This document shows, in pieces, positions 61,029 through 64,000 of a stretch of DNA of 64,000 nt. Every line of letters begins with the position of its first letter. Within the stretch, counting starts at the first letter, position 1. The stretch is from the IMG/VR virus record IMGVR_UViG_3300006802_014262, positions 4,328-68,327 of that record, one strand, 5' to 3'. Origin of the DNA: a virus (taxonomy: Duplodnaviria; Caudoviricetes). The translations under genes and the position numbers were made by a program. The notes beneath the pieces are model-generated. The model saw only the letters and a program-made list of their open reading frames with translations, had not been told where the DNA came from and searched no databases.

Positions 61029-61781
61029 ATGTATATATTAAAACAAACAAAAAAAGAAAACAATACAGTTATTAAAACTGAAAATACATTATTAGGTAAT
61101 CGTTATGTGGTATTATATTTCTTCCCAGAAAATAAACAGTACTCCGATATTAGAGAACAACATTTTGTATTTAATTTAGGATTAAATACATTAGATGTTC
61201 AGCATTATCAAAATCCATTTATATTAAATGAAGATGGAAGTAAAATAATTTATCTTGAAGATTTTCATAATCATCAAATTATAAATGATGAAAATGGAGT
61301 ATTAATAGAAGATTTAAGTAATTATGTTGGACAATTACTAAATAGTAGTGATGAAAAAACATCAAAGTTTATGGAAACACAATCAAGAATAATTCAACAA
61401 ACCTATGATGAAAAAATGGCTGAAAAAATGACTGAAAATAATAACATTATAGTTGACGATATATCTGCTGCTGCTATACCTGAAGAAGATATTTTAAAAC
61501 GCCCAACAAACTATTCATTACATCAAATTTTTGAAAGATTAAAATCAGGAAGAAAAAGACAGGATCAATTATTATTACAAGATTTAATAGAAATTGTCGA
61601 TAAAAAGGAACCATTTGTTATCTTAACAACTCAAGAATATGATAATTATAATGCACTTGTTACATTATTAATTGAGAAACATTTAGGTACGTTTAAGGAA
61701 GCAAATGTTAATGGTTTCTTTAAAGAACAACAATTAGAAAATAGAGGCTACTCATCAAGAGCAACATTAGGACAAATATAA
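61029..61781 (+). CDS. Hypothetical protein
   Basis: 250 aa ORF, no recognised motif. Confidence 0.55.
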   Translation: MYILKQTKKENNTVIKTENTLLGNRYVVLYFFPENKQYSDIREQHFVFNLGLNTLDVQHYQNPFILNEDGSKIIYLEDFHNHQIINDENGVLIEDLSNYVGQLLNSSDEKTSKFMETQSRIIQQTYDEKMAEKMTENNNIIVDDISAAAIPEEDILKRPTNYSLHQIFERLKSGRKRQDQLLLQDLIEIVDKKEPFVILTTQEYDNYNALVTLLIEKHLGTFKEANVNGFFKEQQLENRGYSSRATLGQI

Positions 61782-61801
61782 AATAAAAATGAAAAATTAT
61801 T

Positions 61802-62044
61802 ATGAACGAAGATAAATTACCTTCAAATTGCCCTTATTGTGGAGAATTGGTTAATTATTTAAATCATAAACACCATTTATATATGTATTGTGAAGAAGAT
61901 AATAAAACAACCACAGAAAAAGATAAAATGCAAGAATTTAAAGAATTTGCTTTTGAACTTAAAATTAATCGAGACTATTATAGTAGAGCAAGAATAATTG
62001 AAGAGTTGGTTGACAAGGTTGAAGAATTATTTAATAAAAAATAG
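61802..62044 (+). CDS. Hypothetical zinc-ribbon protein
   Basis: CPYC...H...C. Confidence 0.5.
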   Translation: MNEDKLPSNCPYCGELVNYLNHKHHLYMYCEEDNKTTTEKDKMQEFKEFAFELKINRDYYSRARIIEELVDKVEELFNKK

Positions 62045-62098
62045 AAAATAATATATTTTAATTTTTTTTTTATATATTTATAATAAAACATTAATAAC

Positions 62099-62323
62099 AT
62101 GAAAAATTTTGATTTAAAAAAACATTTAATAGAAAATAAATTAACTAGAACAAGTCAATTAAATGAAGACGAAGATTTAAATAATAAAAAAATTGGACGT
62201 CAATCGTATGATTTATTAGATAAATATCTACCTAAAATGAGTGAAGATCAACGATTTAAATTATATCAAACTATAGCTCAATTTTTAAATAAAAATGGAA
62301 TAAAAGATTTAGATAGTAATTAA
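62099..62323 (+). CDS. Small late gene, putative head-packaged protein
   Basis: Own TATTTAT motif and terminator; N-terminal FDLKKHLIENKL...LNE leader. Confidence 0.55.
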   Translation: MKNFDLKKHLIENKLTRTSQLNEDEDLNNKKIGRQSYDLLDKYLPKMSEDQRFKLYQTIAQFLNKNGIKDLDSN

Positions 62324-62351
62324 TTAATAAATATATAAAAAAATTAAAAGT

Positions 62352-62376
62352 AAGCTTGGGAAACCAAGCTTTTTTT
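62352..62376 (+). terminator. Intrinsic terminator overlapping a promoter TTGG element
   Basis: AAGCTTGG-gaaa-CCAAGCTT then T-run. Confidence 0.85.
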
Positions 62377-62407
62377 ATTATATTATTAATAATAAAATAT
62401 AAAAGTT

Positions 62408-62572
62408 ATGAAAACAGAAGTACAAATAAAAATATTTGATGATATTATTTCTAATACTACGGAATTAGCAAATAATTTCTTAAAAGAAATTAATACAGAT
62501 GTAATTTCAGTAACACCATTGTATAATACAATAAATGGTGGTATAATTTATGTGATAATTTATAAAATATAA
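62408..62572 (+). CDS. Small hypothetical protein (54 aa)
   Basis: MKTEVQIKIFDD...; flanked by a 19-bp direct repeat. Confidence 0.5.
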   Translation: MKTEVQIKIFDDIISNTTELANNFLKEINTDVISVTPLYNTINGGIIYVIIYKI

Positions 62573-62577
62573 AAGTT

Positions 62578-63417
62578 ATGGAAAATAAAACAAAACATGC
62601 TGTTATTTCGCTTTCAGGTGGAATGGATAGTAGCACCTTATTATTAAGGTTATTAGCTGATGGGTACCAATGTACTGCACTTTCTTTTGACTATGGTCAA
62701 AAACACAATGTAGAATTAGAACGAGCTAAAGAATTAGTTGACTACATTAACTCATATTGTATCATTAAAAATGATCCTAAAACAGCAGAATATCCTTATT
62801 ATGTTAAACATCAAGTAATTAAATTAGATGGTTTATCTCAATTACTTAACTCTGCACTTGTAATAGGTGGAGATGATATCCCTGAAGGTCATTATGAGCA
62901 TAGTAATATGGCTGCTTCTGTAGTCCCAAATCGCAATAAAATATTCAGCTCAATTATTCAAGCTGTTGCGTTATCAATTGCTGAAAAGAATAACACTGAA
63001 TGTGTAATTGCTATGGGTATCCATGCTGGTGATCACCAAATTTATAGAGATTGTCGTCAAGAATTTAGGGATTCAGATTATAATGCGTTTTTAGAAGGTA
63101 ATGAAAATGGACATTTAGTTACATATTATACCCCGTATTTAACCGGTAATAAATTTGATATATTAAAAGATGGCGCAGTGTGTTGCGATATACTAGGTCT
63201 TGACTTTAACACGGTATATAGCAGGACTAACACATCTTATAAACCATATCCATCAGGAAACAGTGATTATAAATCAGCATCATCAGTTGAACGTGTAGAA
63301 GCGTTTATTAAATTAGGTCGTCCTGATCCAGTAATTTATGAAGATGAAGATGGTATAGCATCATGGGATAAAGTAGTAAAACATGTAACTAAAGTTATTG
63401 AAGAATTTAATAAATAG
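62578..63417 (+). CDS. queC: 7-cyano-7-deazaguanine (preQ0) synthase
   Basis: SLSGGMDS, FDYGQKH..E, VPNRN.IF, GIHAGD...Y.DCR. Confidence 0.93.
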   Translation: MENKTKHAVISLSGGMDSSTLLLRLLADGYQCTALSFDYGQKHNVELERAKELVDYINSYCIIKNDPKTAEYPYYVKHQVIKLDGLSQLLNSALVIGGDDIPEGHYEHSNMAASVVPNRNKIFSSIIQAVALSIAEKNNTECVIAMGIHAGDHQIYRDCRQEFRDSDYNAFLEGNENGHLVTYYTPYLTGNKFDILKDGAVCCDILGLDFNTVYSRTNTSYKPYPSGNSDYKSASSVERVEAFIKLGRPDPVIYEDEDGIASWDKVVKHVTKVIEEFNK

Positions 63418-63464
63418 TATGTCTTTGGGTATCAGCTAATATTTATAACTGATACCCAGATATA
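63418..63464 (+). promoter_or_regulatory. Hairpin occluding the HNH start region, with late promoter motif in its loop
   Basis: TGGGTATCAG (63426-35) pairs with CTGATACCCA (63449-58); outer TATGTC/GATATA; loop contains TATTTAT (63440-46). Confidence 0.8.
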
Positions 63465-63466
63465 AT

Positions 63467-63937
63467 ATGAAAACAGAAAAAAAATGTAAACGCTGTGAAA
63501 TTACTAAACCTATAGAAGAATTTCCATTAAATAGTCCAGATATAAAAGGTAGACGTTATTACATGTCTAAATGTAAAAAATGTATGGTTATTTCAGTAAA
63601 ACCATATGTTCAAAAATATATGAAAGCTAACCCAGATAAATGGAAAGAATATGGTAAAAATACTCGTAATAAACGTTCTAAATTATTAGAAGAGTTACGT
63701 TCTGAAGGATGTGTTAAATGTAAAGATAAAAGACATTACGTTATTGATTTCCACCATTTGGAACCTGATAAAAAAGATATATCAATATCAGACGCAAGTA
63801 TAAGTAAAATAAAAAGCGAATCTAAAAAATGTATATTATTATGTCGAAATTGTCATGCTGAGTTTCATTTTTTAGAAAAAACAACAGGAATAAATATAAA
63901 CAGTTATTTAAACACTCATGAAGCAACCAGATCCTAA
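63467..63937 (+). CDS. HNH endonuclease (free-standing homing endonuclease-like)
   Basis: N-terminal CKRC...CKKC zinc ribbon; CVKC...DFHH...CILLCRNCHAEFH. Confidence 0.88.
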   Translation: MKTEKKCKRCEITKPIEEFPLNSPDIKGRRYYMSKCKKCMVISVKPYVQKYMKANPDKWKEYGKNTRNKRSKLLEELRSEGCVKCKDKRHYVIDFHHLEPDKKDISISDASISKIKSESKKCILLCRNCHAEFHFLEKTTGININSYLNTHEATRS

Positions 63938-64000
63938 ATTACATCAATATATTAGTTTTCTTAAATCAGGAATTAGAATATTAGGTTATATTACTTTACC
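63918..64000 (+). CDS. Start of a small probable membrane protein, 3'-truncated by window edge
   Basis: MKQPDPKLHQYISFLKSGIRILGYITL, open to the end; overlaps the HNH stop. Confidence 0.5.
   Translation, partial: MKQPDPKLHQYISFLKSGIRILGYITL

Noticed and set aside
1-64000. Stop-codon reassignment
   Set aside because: Core genes are full length in code 11, and TAA, TAG and TGA all end genes at tightly packed boundaries.
1-64000. tRNA, rRNA, introns, inteins, integrase
   Set aside because: No cloverleaf-like or rRNA-like segment seen; terminase, helicase, RecA and RNR appear uninterrupted. Read by eye only, so a covariance-model scan is still advisable.

Overview
This window is a 64 kb internal segment of a large, AT-rich lytic myovirus genome with T4-type head and tail gene families. 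All credible genes are on the + strand in standard code 11. Promoter shape (TTGG-N18/19-TATRTT), A-rich starts without a Shine-Dalgarno and a Gln-after-cleavage signal peptide point to a Bacteroidota host (inference). Gene order: terminase (5'-truncated), portal, head proteins, prohead protease, a secreted nuclease, scaffold, major capsid, PhoH, neck genes; three very large nearly Pro-free Gly-X-Ser collagen-like fibre proteins surrounding a two-gene glycosyltransferase cassette; sheath, tube, chaperone pair, tape measure, baseplate; a replication block (compact family-A polymerase, SSB, UvsX/RecA, 5'-3' exonuclease, DnaB, class II RNR); a vWA-metallopeptidase/AAA module; a DpdA/TGT-like gene, many small ORFs, QueC and an HNH endonuclease. 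Best candidate for an undescribed system: phage-encoded virion O-glycosylation, i.e. Ser-dense fibres plus embedded GT9/GT2/GT4 enzymes plus a recurrent [S/T]-[G/A/S]-S motif in virion proteins. Other notable signals: an exact 96-bp in-frame direct repeat bracketing all five carbohydrate-binding modules of one fibre, a likely +1/-2 programmed frameshift before the tape measure, a late promoter in the loop of a hairpin occluding the HNH start, and a QueC lacking its zinc-ligand cysteines. All product calls come from motifs and synteny read by eye; no database search was run.
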